64,000 bases of DNA from assembly GCF_036365525.1 (NCBI RefSeq), contig NC_090371.1, positions 264,219,629-264,283,628 of the forward strand, given 5' to 3'. A model generated the notes under the pieces. The model was not told the origin of the DNA and searched no databases. It saw nothing but the letters and a program-made list of their open reading frames with translations. The translations under genes were made by a program, and so were the position numbers. The stretch comes from Heterodontus francisci (taxonomy: Eukaryota). Below are positions 28,901-39,620 of this stretch, in pieces (within the stretch, counting starts at the first letter, position 1; each line of letters opens with the position of its first letter).

Positions 28901-30422
28901 CCCCCGAGACCCACAATCTCCTCCCGAGACCCACAATCTTCCCCCGAGACCCACAATCTCCCCCCGAGACCAACAATCCCCCCAAGACCCACAATCTCTC
29001 CCCGAGACCCACAATCCCCCCAAGACCCACAATCTCCTCCCGAGACCCACAATCTCCCACAGAGACCCACAATCTCCCCCCGAGAACCACAATCTCACCC
29101 AGAGACCCACAATCTCCCCCCGAGACCCACAATCTCCTCCCGAGACCCACAATCCCCCGAGACCCACAATCTCCATCCGAGACCCACAATCCGCCCGACC
29201 CACAATCTCCCCCCGAGACCCACAATCTCCTCCCGAGACCCACAATCCCACAGAGACCCACAATCCCCCCAAGACCCACAATCTCCCACCGAGACCCACA
29301 ATCTCCTCCCAAGATCCGCAATCCCCCCGAGACCACAATATCCCCCCAAGACCCACAATCTCCTCGCGAGACCCACAATCCCCCCAAGACCCACAATCGC
29401 CTCCCGAGACCCACAATCTCCCCCCGAGACCCATAATCTCCTCCCAAGACCCGCAATCCCCCCGACCCAGAATCCCCAGAAGACCCACAATCTCCCCCCG
29501 AGACCCACAATACCCTTCCGAGACCCACAATCCGCCCAAGACCCACAATCTCCCCAAGATACACAATCCCCCTGAGACCCACAATCCCCCCAAGACCCAC
29601 AATCTGCCCAAGACCCACAATCCCCGAGACCCACAATCACCCCAATACCCACAATCTCCCCCCGAGACACACAATCCCCCCAAGCCCCACAATCTCCCCA
29701 AGACCCACAATCCCCCTGAGACCCACAATCCCCCCAATACCCACAATCACCCCCCGAGACCCACAATCCCCCTGAGAGCCACAATCTCCTCCCAAGACCC
29801 ACAGTCCCCCCCAAGACCCACAATCTCCTCCTGAGACCCACAATGCCCCCAAGACCCACAATCTCCTCCCGAGACCCATAATCCCCCTCCCGAGACCCAC
29901 AATCCCCCAAAGACCCACAATCTCCCCAAGAACCACAATCCCCCTGAGACCCACAATCTCCTCCCGAGACCCACAATCCCCCCAAGACCCACAATCTTCC
30001 CGAGACCCACAATCTCCTCCCGAGACCCACAATCCCCCAGAAACCTAAATCTCCTCCCGAGACCCACAATCTCCTCCCGAGGCCCACAATCCCCCCAAGA
30101 CACACAATCCCCCCAAGACCCACAATCTCCCCAAGACCCACAATCCCCCTGAGACCCACAATCCCCCCAAGACCCACAATCTCCTCCCAAGACCCACAAT
30201 CTCCCCCCAGACCCGCAATCACCCGAGACACGCACTCTCCCTGAGACCCACAATCCCGCCCCCCCACCCCCGAGTCCCGCAATCCACCCAGAATCACAGA
30301 ATCACAAAATAATACAGTGCAGAAGTGGCCCTTTGGCCCATCGAGTCTGCACTGATGCATTAAAGACACCCGTGACCCACAATTTCCCCTTAAGACCCGC
30401 AATCTCTCAGAGACCCGCAATC
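4905..30422. repeat. ~25.5 kb minisatellite/satellite array, unit 18-21 bp, consensus (CT)CCCCCCGAGACCCRCAAT
   Basis: Directly visible; over a thousand head-to-tail units in one orientation; + strand C-rich, - strand G-rich; degenerate units at both edges. Confidence 0.98.
30290..30370 (-). mobile_element. Very short CR1-type 3' tail inserted among the last satellite units
   Basis: Minus strand GCAGACTCGATGGGCCAAAGGGCCACTTCTGCACTGTATTATTTTGTGATTCTGTGATTCTG, i.e. CR1 3' stem-loop plus ATTCTGTG terminal repeats. Confidence 0.8.
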
Positions 30423-30479
30423 ATTCATATTTTGTTATGCTTCATATTGTCTTATAACCCTCCTCACCTACCTTTCCAA

Positions 30480-30830
30480 TGAAGCTAAAAGAAGATTTAA
30501 TCAAGTTTTTTAAAATGTTGAAGACATGGATTAGTGAGTAGGAAAAGATTGTTTTTGCTGGTTGTGAAGTCAGTAGCAAAGAGTCATCAATTTAAAATTG
30601 TCACAAAGAAAGCAGTTTGGAGAAATACATTGATGTGGAAGAATATTGGAGAATGGAATGCTTTGCCACCGATAGAGGTTGAGGCAAACATCTTTTAAAG
30701 GAAAATGGAATAAATATTTGAAGCAGAGGAATATGCAGAGTTATGGGAGACAGCAGAATATTGGAATAGTCTTAGATTAATCTAGCACAGAGCTGGCACA
30801 GATATGATTACCTGATGTGTTGCAAAATGC
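30480..30830 (+). mobile_element. Old CR1 3' fragment
   Basis: Decayed RGDLI..FK / GH.FKI / WNALP-coding segments followed by a CR1-like 3' UTR. Confidence 0.55.
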
Positions 30831-30835
30831 TGTGA

Positions 30836-31030
30836 CTATGACTGGGAGGTTCCTCGGAGCTGGTCCCACTCTGCCACTGTAACGTTGACAGAGGCGGCAG
30901 GAACAAGGGCTATGCACGTAAATGGGTTTTTCACCGCAATTTGAGTAAAGGTACCCTGACAGTGGAGCAGACCATGGAAGAATCTCTCGCCTTGCTTTGC
31001 AAATGGTGTAACTCCACAATTAGTCATAAA
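30836..31030 (-). CDS. Candidate terminal coding exon of an unidentified gene
   Basis: Acceptor CATTTACTTCAG|TTT; phase-0 frame open to a TAG (FMTNCGVTPFAKQGERFFHGLLHCQGTFTQIAVKNPFTCIALVP...GTSQS*); sequence not recognised as a repeat. Confidence 0.3.
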   Translation of the reverse strand, partial: FMTNCGVTPFAKQGERFFHGLLHCQGTFTQIAVKNPFTCIALVPAASVNVTVAEWDQLRGTSQS

Positions 31031-31859
31031 CTGAAGTAAATGCAATGAATACAAATATTCAATGTTTCTCCGAAAGCACATTGCCAATTCTGCATGTAAA
31101 AACTCTTCCCTCAGCAGTTAACACTAAGTGACATTAGAAAAGCATTTCAATTTTTCCACCATTCTGGAATGGGCTTATCAGTTTAATGAATTCCAGCTGT
31201 ACAGAGATGGAACAGAGAAGGGAGAAAACACATTCAGAAAAGGATGTCATGCAGTTTTGATCAGCACAATTACAGTAAGGAAGAAAAAATGCTTAGGTAT
31301 GTGTCAATCAGTGAAATAAAAGCTTCTCAATTTCCTTTGAAAGCAGAATGAAGCCTTTAACTCATGATGGTTATCAGAAACAACCCTGATGTTTTATGTG
31401 CTGCTCCAATAATGGTATTAACTATAAGCATTACTATTCATAGACTGTATCATAAACAATAGGGTCCACCTGGTGCAGAGCCTGGCTCAGCCTGAACAAA
31501 GATCGGAGAATCAGGTGTTGTGGTCAGTGTCTCCATCTTTTGCTCGTTTAAATTATTTTACTTGCAAGATTTACTCTAACAAATCTACTTTAATTGGAAA
31601 AAAGACCCAACAACTTCAAAGCAAGCTTATATAACATTAGTGGTCTGATATGCTTATTTTTCTAAATTGAAATCAATTGACCACCTTTATTTTCTTACAA
31701 TAGAAACAGCATTTTCAGTCTGCCACATCATCTCGGTATAACGGCTAACTTGGTAATGAATGCATGGAAAGCAGCGTATAAAATGGACCTGTATCTGGTT
31801 TGGTTTGGGGTCAGGTAGGTGGGTTTCTTCGAGGGCAAGAACATTGATCATTTGCGTTC

Positions 31860-32211
31860 TAAGTTTAGTTTAGAGATGCAACACTGAAACAGGCCCTTCG
31901 GCCCACCGAGTCTGTGCCGACCATCAACCACCCACTTCTACTAATCCTACACTAATCCCATATCCCTACCACATCCCCACCTGTCCCTATATTTCCCTAC
32001 CACCTACCTATACTAGGGGCAATTTATAATGGCCAATTAACCTATCAACCTGCAAGTCTTTGGCATGTGGGAGGAAACCGGAGCACCCGGAGGAAACCCA
32101 CGCAGACACAGGGAGAACTTGCAAACTCCACACAGGCAGTACCCAGAATTGAACCCGGGTCGCTGGAGCTGTGAGGCTGCAGTGCTAACCACTACGCCAC
32201 TGTGCCGTCCC
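31860..32211 (-). mobile_element. HE1-like V-SINE, full length
   Basis: tRNA-like head GGGACGGCACAGTGGCGTAGTGGTTAGCAC..GGTTCAATTC, V-domain TCCTCCGGGTGCTCCGGTTTCCTCCCACA, CR1-derived tail. Confidence 0.9.
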
Positions 32212-33199
32212 TCGACAAGATCTCACACCTCACTCTAGATGGGCCTTTAATGTTGAGTTGATAATTGCGGAGTGGCGGACCAATTAGATTTCACAGCTAC
32301 CTCCCAAGCCCCTCATTGAGGGCACTTAATGCACGTTAGACTTTATAAATGTGTTCTAGTTCAAAAATTGAATGAGATATGACTGTGCAGATTGATATCC
32401 TTCGCAGTGTCTAACACCAGAACCTGTGCAATATCACTGTGGTCTTTGTGAAATGGCTCATTTATTCAACTTCCCAACCTTCCTCTTTCTAATATGCTAA
32501 ACCAGTATTTTTGGGGAGCTTCTAATGAGGGGAGGCAATATAGTCGAACAGAGACTGCAACCTACAATCTACCTACATTACCGGGATAGGGAGACAGAGT
32601 TTAGAAACACTTACCTACACAACTCCAATAAAACATGCCAAAGGTAAAAGGGGAGCAGTGGTTGTGCCTGCCCTGATATTCCACCCCCCCGCACCCCCCA
32701 GGCCTGTCACTCAAACCCCCTCACTCGTCCCAGTTCACAGCTCAACCTAGAAGCTTGCAGCTTCCTGTACATTGAGACAACCCTGCCCAGATGTGGCACA
32801 GTCGAAGGGGAGTCTTTGTGGAGCCAGGGAGGGGGGAGCTCCTGCCCTGTGCTGTGTCCCTCCCCTCCCCCAGGCTCCTTTATAACTGAGCTAAGTTTCG
32901 TTTAAAGTTTTGGGGTTTGATGTTACAGTTTATTGATCTTTATTTCCTCTAAAATAGCTGAAAAGCTGGCGGCCATTAACCCGGGTCTGTCACGAGGGAA
33001 GCCCCACAGCTGCCGCCTCACTTAGTGCAAACACAAGACTGGGAGCTTCCTATTGGAGGTGTTTGAGGCGTACACCGGGTGTTTATGAAGCCTCCCTGCC
33101 CACCTGTCGGCTCCATTCCTCTCCTGCACTCAGCAGTTTCTCAGCTGCTGTCGATCTGACACTACCACCTCTGTCCAGCTCCAGCACCCACATGGCGCA

Positions 33200-33281
33200 T
33201 GCTCCAGTCACAGTCAGCGAGCTACTCAAAGACCCTCGGTGAGTTACCAGTAGCTCACAATCGACATGCTGGTGACCCCTG
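33200..33281. mobile_element. One end of a hAT/Charlie-like element
   Basis: Minus strand starts CAGGGGTCACCAGCATGTCGAT..GAGCTAC; flanked by TTCTAGGA (Charlie NTCTAGAN-like target); the other TIR was not found. Confidence 0.5.
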
Positions 33282-33339
33282 TTCTAGGACCTAGTCCGAT
33301 GCCCTGATGATCCTGATCGTTTCTAAATACTTTCACTCC

Positions 33340-33425
33340 TGGTAATTTTAAATGTCTTGTTCCAAGCCTTTAAACTTGTGTTTTAAATAACCTCGCCACT
33401 AGGAGCAAGACATTTAAAATTACCA
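33340..33425. repeat. 24-bp inverted repeat (hairpin, 38-nt loop)
   Basis: TGGTAATTTTAAATGTCTTGTTCC (33340-33363) vs GGAGCAAGACATTTAAAATTACCA (33402-33425), 23/24 complementary. Confidence 0.9.
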
Positions 33426-33614
33426 CGGATACTGGTGTCTACGTACAGACACGTTGTCGACCCCTGGATGGCAATTTTTCAATGAGCGAGCACACACATG
33501 GACACCATGTGTAGGTTGTCATCAACTCTTGAAAAACCCGTCAAGAAAGTGCTTAAAATTGCACCAGCCATTCTGGGAAAAAGCTGCTAATATTCATGCA
33601 TTTGGCATAAGCCC

Positions 33615-33930
33615 GCTATCCAGATGAATGCAATTGTGGAAGGCATGTAGCATAAAGAACTGACACTCCATCAATAACCCAATAGCAGAAATCCCTGGCT
33701 CTGACCTCTTTCGAAGACAATGGACAGCACTCAATCGACTCCATGCAGGGCATGAACAATGCGGCCACTTGCTCCACAGCGGAGGATGAGGGATGACCCG
33801 AAGTGCGATTGTGGCCATGAGTCACAGATCATGGAACAGGTCACATCAATCAGACCACTAAGATCTGTTGTGGGAGGCATCTTATTTCTCCGCTCAGCAT
33901 CCCAGGAGACCATCCTAGACATCCCAATAT
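33615..33930 (+). mobile_element. Vingi/Ingi-like (I-group) LINE 3' fragment
   Basis: Manual translation PGSDLFRRQWTALNRLHAGHEQCGHLLH/(frameshift)RMRDDPKCDCGHESQIMEQV resembles the recalled Vingi C-terminus PGxDLPRxxWxxLNRLRTGxGRC..CDCG..QTMxH. Confidence 0.7.
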
Positions 33931-34174
33931 AAGCTTTTCCCATAGTACAAAAGCAGTAGCAGTAGTGAATAAAATTCTAGTGACTCCTGTTTTAATGAAA
34001 GGTATTAAGGTGAAGTGAGTCTGTGTCCTTGTTAACATAGCAAATAAAGGGATTTTGTACAAACATGTCCATGTGCTGTCACTAATACAACGTAGCGCCA
34101 TTTTATCATTCATATTCTTATACTCTTACAAATGCTTGACAATGGTGCAGTGTCCAAATTTTGGGAGTAATAAA

Positions 34175-34325
34175 GTTATTTACAGCACACAAGGAGGCCA
34201 TTCGGCCCATCGAGTCCATGCCTGCTCTCTACAGAGCTGTCCGGTCAGTCCTACTTTCCCGCTCGATCCTCATAGCCCTGCAAGTTTATTTCCCTCAAGT
34301 GGCCATCCAATTTCCTTTTGAGGTG
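34175..34325 (-). mobile_element. CR1 3' tail fragment
   Basis: TACAGCACACAAGGAGGCCATTCGGCCCATCGAGTCC is the reverse complement of the CR1 3' stem-loop. Confidence 0.7.
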
Positions 34326-35289
34326 TGTTATTTCCATTTTTCACTTCCCCAGCCAATAATCCAGACTGGATACCTTCTCTTGACCCCCTCCTCCAGTGTT
34401 AATTTGTTAACATTCAGTAGGTGACAGTTAGGAGCTACTGTCTCTAATCTTCCATCTCTTCCTGTGAGGAAGCCCCCAGTCTTCATTCAGCATTTCTTCC
34501 ACCAAAATCAGAAGTTTTCCGCAAGAGAAAGGAACTGTGTAAAATTGCCCTTTAGCATGATGGCGCCTTGCTTTTAACCTGCAAGTTTCACAAAGATAAA
34601 GACTGGAGTTTTCTAGCAGCTGCCATTTGTACATGTGAATTAGGCTCAATTATCATAATCCATTATATGTTGTCCCTAATAGAACAATTACCAACAAGGT
34701 TTTCTCATTCTCGTCATTGTGCACATGAAAGTTGTCACATTACCACAGCTCATATTTATCTCTCACAATTTCAGGATTATTTAATCTAATATTCTTGTTT
34801 TGAGTGGCAAACTATTCCTAAGTTAGAAAGAAAATCCCCACAAAGCTGGCACTTTAGGATCCTGCTTACTACTATAACCACCATGAACATAAAACATTCA
34901 GAATAGATGAAACCCAGTGGGATTTGTTCATTCTGCAATTTGTAACCTTCAAGATTCTGTCAGTATTGATTCCAGCAAGCTGTGCAGACAAGTTAGCAGT
35001 AGCGAATTAACAAGCTCAGTGCCAATGTGCTTGCCTTCCATTTTCTTTATCTAGCCCAAACTTTGAGGTTTTAATGCAACTTATTGTCAACTTCATTCCC
35101 TTTAGCAACTTTGATAAATAGAGCTGGTAAAAAAAACTTAAGGAACCATTTACAGGGCTGTGAGAAAAGAGCATGAGAGTGGGACTAACTTGATATCTCT
35201 TTCAAAGAGCTGGTACTGGCTTCCATCTGTGCTGCAAGATTCTGTAAACCTATGAAAAGTAAATAAAAAGAAAGAAACATATAATCAGG

Positions 35290-37661
35290 GCAGAGAGGGT
35301 GATGAGTTTCAGAAGTGCATTAAGGAGAGTTTTCTAGATCAATATGTTTCCAGCCCAACATGAAAGGATGCATTTCTAGATCTGGCTCTGGGGAATGACA
35401 TGGGTCAAATGGATCAAGTGTCAGTAGGGAAGCATTTAGGTAACAGTGATCATAATAGTAATATAAGATTTAGGCTATTTATTGAAACGGACAAGGAGCA
35501 ATCTAGAGTAAAAATACTTAATTGCAGGAGGGCCACTTTCAGCGGGATGAGAACATATCTGGCCCAGGTAAATTGAAATCTAAGATTGGCAGGAAAAATG
35601 GTAAAGGAAGAATGAACTTTCTTTGAAGAGGAGATGGTTCAGGTACAGTCAAGGTGCATTCCTATGTTGGGGGAAAGGTAGGGCAACCAAAGCCAGAGCT
35701 CCCTGGATGACAAAAGGGATACAGAGTAAGATGAAGCAGATAAAGGGGGCATATGACAGATGTCAGGTTAATAATACAAATGAGAACCAGGTTGAATATA
35801 GACAGAGGAAAAGTAAAAAGTGAAAAAGAAAATAATAGAGCCAAAGAGGGAGTATGAGAACAGACTGGCAGCTAACATAAAAGGAAATACAAAAGTCTTC
35901 TATAGGCATATAGATAGAAAAGGGTAGTAAAAGCAGTGGTGGGACTGATTAGGCACCAAAAAGGGGACATATGCATGGAGGCAGAAGGCATGGCTGAGGT
36001 GTAGACTGAGTACTTTGCATCTGTCTTTACCATGCAAGAAGATACTGCCAAAGTCATAATAAAAGAGGAAGTAGTTGAGATACAGGGTGAGCTAAAAATT
36101 GATTTAAAAAAAGGAGGTATTAGAAAGGCTGGCTGTACTTAAAGTTTATAAATCACCAGGACCAGATAGGATGAATCCGACGGTGCCAAAGGAAGTAAGA
36201 ATCGAAATTGTGGAGGTACTGGTCATAATCTTCCAATCTCCTTAGATACAGGGGTTGTGCCAGAGACTGAGAAATTGCAAACGTAACACCCTTGTTCAAA
36301 AAAGGGTATAAAGATAAACCCAGAAACTACGGGACAGCCAGTTAAACCTCAGTGGTGCAAAAGCTTTTAGAAACGATAATTTGGGACAACATTAGTAGTC
36401 ACTTGGAAAATATGGATTAATTAAGGAAAGCCAGCCTGGATTTGTAAAAGGCAAATTGTTTTTAACTAACTTGATTAAGTTTTTGAGGAGGTAACAGAGA
36501 GGGTTGGTGAGGGCAATGTGGTTGATGTGGCATATGTAGACTGCCAAAAGGTGTGGCAGTATGGATACAAAGTTGGCTGAGTAACAGAAAATAGAAAGTA
36601 TTGGTGAACGATTGTTTATCGGACTGGAGGAAGCTGTACAGTGGTGTTCCCCAGGGGTTGGTCCTCGCACCACTGATTTTCTCAATCTATATGAATGACC
36701 GAGACCTGGGTGTACAGAGCACAATTTCAAAATTTGAAGATGACACAAAACTTGGAAGTATTGTGAACTGTGAGGATGATAGTGATAGATTTCAAGACAA
36801 CATAGACAGACTGCTGGAATGGGCAGACAAATGGCAGATGAAGCTTAATGCAGAGAACAGTGAAGTGATACATTTTGGTAGGAAGAACAAGGAGCGGCAA
36901 TATAATATAAAGTACAATTCTAAAGGGGGTGCAGGAACAGAGAGATCTGGGGGTATATGTGCACATAACATTGAAGGTGGCAGAGCAGGTTGAGAAATTG
37001 ATTAAAAAGGCATACAGGATCATGGGTTTTATAAATAAAGGCATAGAGTACAAAAGTAAGGAAGTTATGATCAACCTTTATAAAACATGGGCTCAGCCTC
37101 AGATGGAGTATTGTGGTCAGTTCTGGGGACTGCAATTTTGGAAGGATGTTTAAGGCTTTAGAAAGGGTGCATAAAAGATTTACGAGAATATTCCAGCGAT
37201 GAGAGTCTTCAGTTATGAGGATAGATTCGAGAAGCTGGAGTTGTTCTCCTTACAGAAGAGAAGTTTGACAGGAAATTTGATAGAGACATTCAAAACCATC
37301 AGGGGTCTAGACAGAGTAGATAGGAAGAAATTGTTCTCATTGGCAGAAGGATTGAGAACCAGAGGTTCATTTAAGGTGATTAGCAAAAGAACCAATGACG
37401 ACATAAGGAAACATTTTTTTATGCAGTGAGTTGTTAGGATCAGGAATGCACTGCCTGGGAGTGTGCTGGAGGCAGATTCAATTGTGGCTTTCAGAAGAGA
37501 ATTGGATAAGCACCTGAAGAGAAAAAAAAATTGCAAGGCTTCCGGGGAAAGGGTTGGGGAGGGAAACTAACGGAGGTGCTCTTGAAGAGAACCAGCACCA
37601 GCACGACAGTCTGAATGGCTTCCTGCTGTGTTGTAATCATTCTATGATTTCTATGATTTCT
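35290..37661 (+). mobile_element. 5'-truncated degenerate CR1 LINE (ORF2 pseudogene)
   Basis: Pieces SGVPQGLVLAPLIF..YMND, SKFEDDTKLG, WADKWQM, RDLGVYVH, GNLIETFK; ends ATTCTATGATTTCTATG; many stops and frameshifts. Confidence 0.9.
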
Positions 37662-38119
37662 GCATGGAGAATGTATGAAATAAAGTTGCACCTTTTTCAG
37701 CTGGGTTCACACTGAAATGAAATCCATTAAACATTGATGAGCAGCAAAATTGGAGCAGGAAAGTCAAAGAAATGGTGATTAAAAAACATCTTTTCCTTTT
37801 TTTGTCCCTTTGTTGGCACATAAATTAACATTTCCAATTGCTCAGAACTGAATTCCAAATTCACTCGGAGTATCCATGAAATATTAAACATTCTAAAAAT
37901 ATGGCTCAAATATTTTTAAATGAAAATATAAAGAAATACTGGTGATTCTAACAGTCCCAACTATTGTGCACTTGCACCTTTCATTGTCTTGTAGACGAAG
38001 AAAAATATTATTAAATTTGAGTTACTATAATTCACTTCAAGTACTGCACTCTATATGGCAATTTTATCAAATGTCTACTTGATCGAAAGCTCATTATATC
38101 CAGTGCAATATAATAATGT

Positions 38120-38270
38120 TATTTGGAATTGGATAAGCACCTCAACAGAAAAAAAAATACTGGACTATGGCTGAAGGGTGGGGAGCTGAGTTGCTCTTGC
38201 AGAGAGCTGGCATGGAAGGGACAGTCCGATTGGCCTCCTTCTGTGCTGTAACTATTCCACGATTCTGTGA
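38120..38270 (+). mobile_element. CR1 3' tail fragment
   Basis: GAATTGGATAAGCACCT..TGGCCTCCTTCTGTGCTGTAACTATTCCACGATTCTGTG, similar to the end of 35290-37661. Confidence 0.7.
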
Positions 38271-38821
38271 TCACACCTTGTCAATTCTTATTCTGATACA
38301 AAGTGAAGATCTCATTAAGGCAGCTATTTTGTCTACATATTCCAATAAAGCAGTAAAGGTCTATAGACCCTTATGAATATCATTGTGTGCAAAACAATCA
38401 AGGAAACACATGAAGATGTCTCTTTCTATAAAATATTTCAAATATGCAAACAAACAGTACCAAAGAATGTTACCATAGAATTCAAGGGTACACGTTCAAT
38501 CCTAACCTCTGCTGAATAATGAAACACAGATACTCTGCTGTTGAGAGGGTACCAGGTCCAAGATCACTGCTTTCAAGAGAGAGAGGAAAAAATAAGAGGA
38601 AGCTACATTGTCAGGCTGCATTGTCATGCATTCAATGGATAGATTAAATTAAACTAGGCGGATAGTTAGCAGATCACCCGCTTGCCCTACTAATGACCAA
38701 AAGACTAAAAGAGGAAGGAAATATTGTGGAAAATATGAATATTATAATACATTTTCCAAAACGCTCCAATAATCCAGACAGATGCAAAAAGCTGAACATG
38801 AAGTTGTTTGGTACGAGGGCA

Positions 38822-39620
38822 GCTGTCAGTCATGGCTCAGTTGATCACAGTCTCGACTCTGAATCAGAATTGTGGGTTCAAGTCCCACTCCAATGACTTG
38901 CGTCGTGCAATACTGAAGGAATGCTGCACTGTCGGAGGTGCCGACGTTTGGATGAAACGTTAAACCGAGGTCCCATCTGCCTTCTCAGAGGGACATAAAA
39001 GATCCCATGACACAATTTTGAAGACGAGCAGGAGAGTTGGCTGGTGTTCTGACCAGTTTTTATCCCCTAACTAACATAACTGAAACAGATTATCTGGTCA
39101 TTTCACATTAACATTTGTGGGAGCTTGCTGTGTGCAAACTGGCTGCAGCATTTCCTACATTGCAACAGTGTCTACACTTCATTGGCAGTAAAGTGCTTTT
39201 GGATGTCCTGCGGACATGAAAGGTGCTATGTAAGGGCGGCACAGTGGCGCACTGGTTAGCACCGCAGCCTCACAACTCCAGCAACCCGGGTTCAATTCTG
39301 GGTACTGCCTGTGCGGAGTTTGCAAGTTCTCCCTGTGTCTGCGTGTGTTTCCTCCGGGTGCTCCGGTTTCCTCCCACATGCCAAAGACTTGCAGGTTGAT
39401 AGGTAAATTGTCCATTATAAATTGCCCCTAGTATAGGTAGGTGGCAGGGAAATATAGGGACAGGTGGGTATGTGGTAGGAATATGGAATTAGTGTAGGAT
39501 TAGTATAAATGGGTGGTTGATGGTCGGCACAGACCCGGTGGGCCGAAGGGCCTGTTTCAGTGCTGTATCTCGAAATAAAATAAATTTTAAAAAAAATAAA
39601 ATAAATGCTCGTCTTTCTTT
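38822..39620 (+). mobile_element. Full-length DeuSINE, tail interrupted by a V-SINE
   Basis: Head TGGCTCAGTTG..GGTTCAAGTCCC; Deu core CAGATTATCTGGTCATT..TGTGGGAGCTTGCTGTGTGCAAACTGGCTG; tail AAAGGTGCTATGTAA resumes as ATAAATGCTCGTCTTTCTTT at ~39601. Confidence 0.85.
39234..39600 (+). mobile_element. HE1-like V-SINE, full length
   Basis: GGGCGGCACAGTGGCGC.. head, V-domain, A-rich tail; close match to 31860-32211. Confidence 0.9.

Noticed and set aside
4781-30420. Very long Gly-rich (GGIVGL/GDCGSR/LWVSGG) and Pro-rich (PRDPQS/PETHNL/PRPTI) ORFs as a mucin, keratin-associated or egg-case protein gene
   Set aside because: ORFs occur in all frames on both strands because the unit lacks stops. Unit lengths of 18-21 bp shift frame constantly, each ORF wanders among three peptide motifs, and there is no signal peptide or unique domain.
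4905-30422. CRISPR array or telomeric repeat
   Set aside because: No unique spacers or cas genes, vertebrate context, and the unit is not TTAGGG-derived.
4905-30422. Transcription-factor decoy array (GCM-like ACCCGCA, RUNX-like CCACA, SOX-like ACAAT) or PRDM9 motif
   Set aside because: Only partial short-motif matches, which are expected by chance; nothing in the sequence supports function.
34370-34580. Minus-strand exon candidate (TTGCAG acceptor)
   Set aside because: All frames closed, weak donor, no recognisable peptide.
39234-39310. tRNA gene (likewise ~32140-32211, 38830-38890, 1825-1895)
   Set aside because: The A/B boxes are SINE heads that continue into V, Deu or Meta-like domains; no complete cloverleaf.
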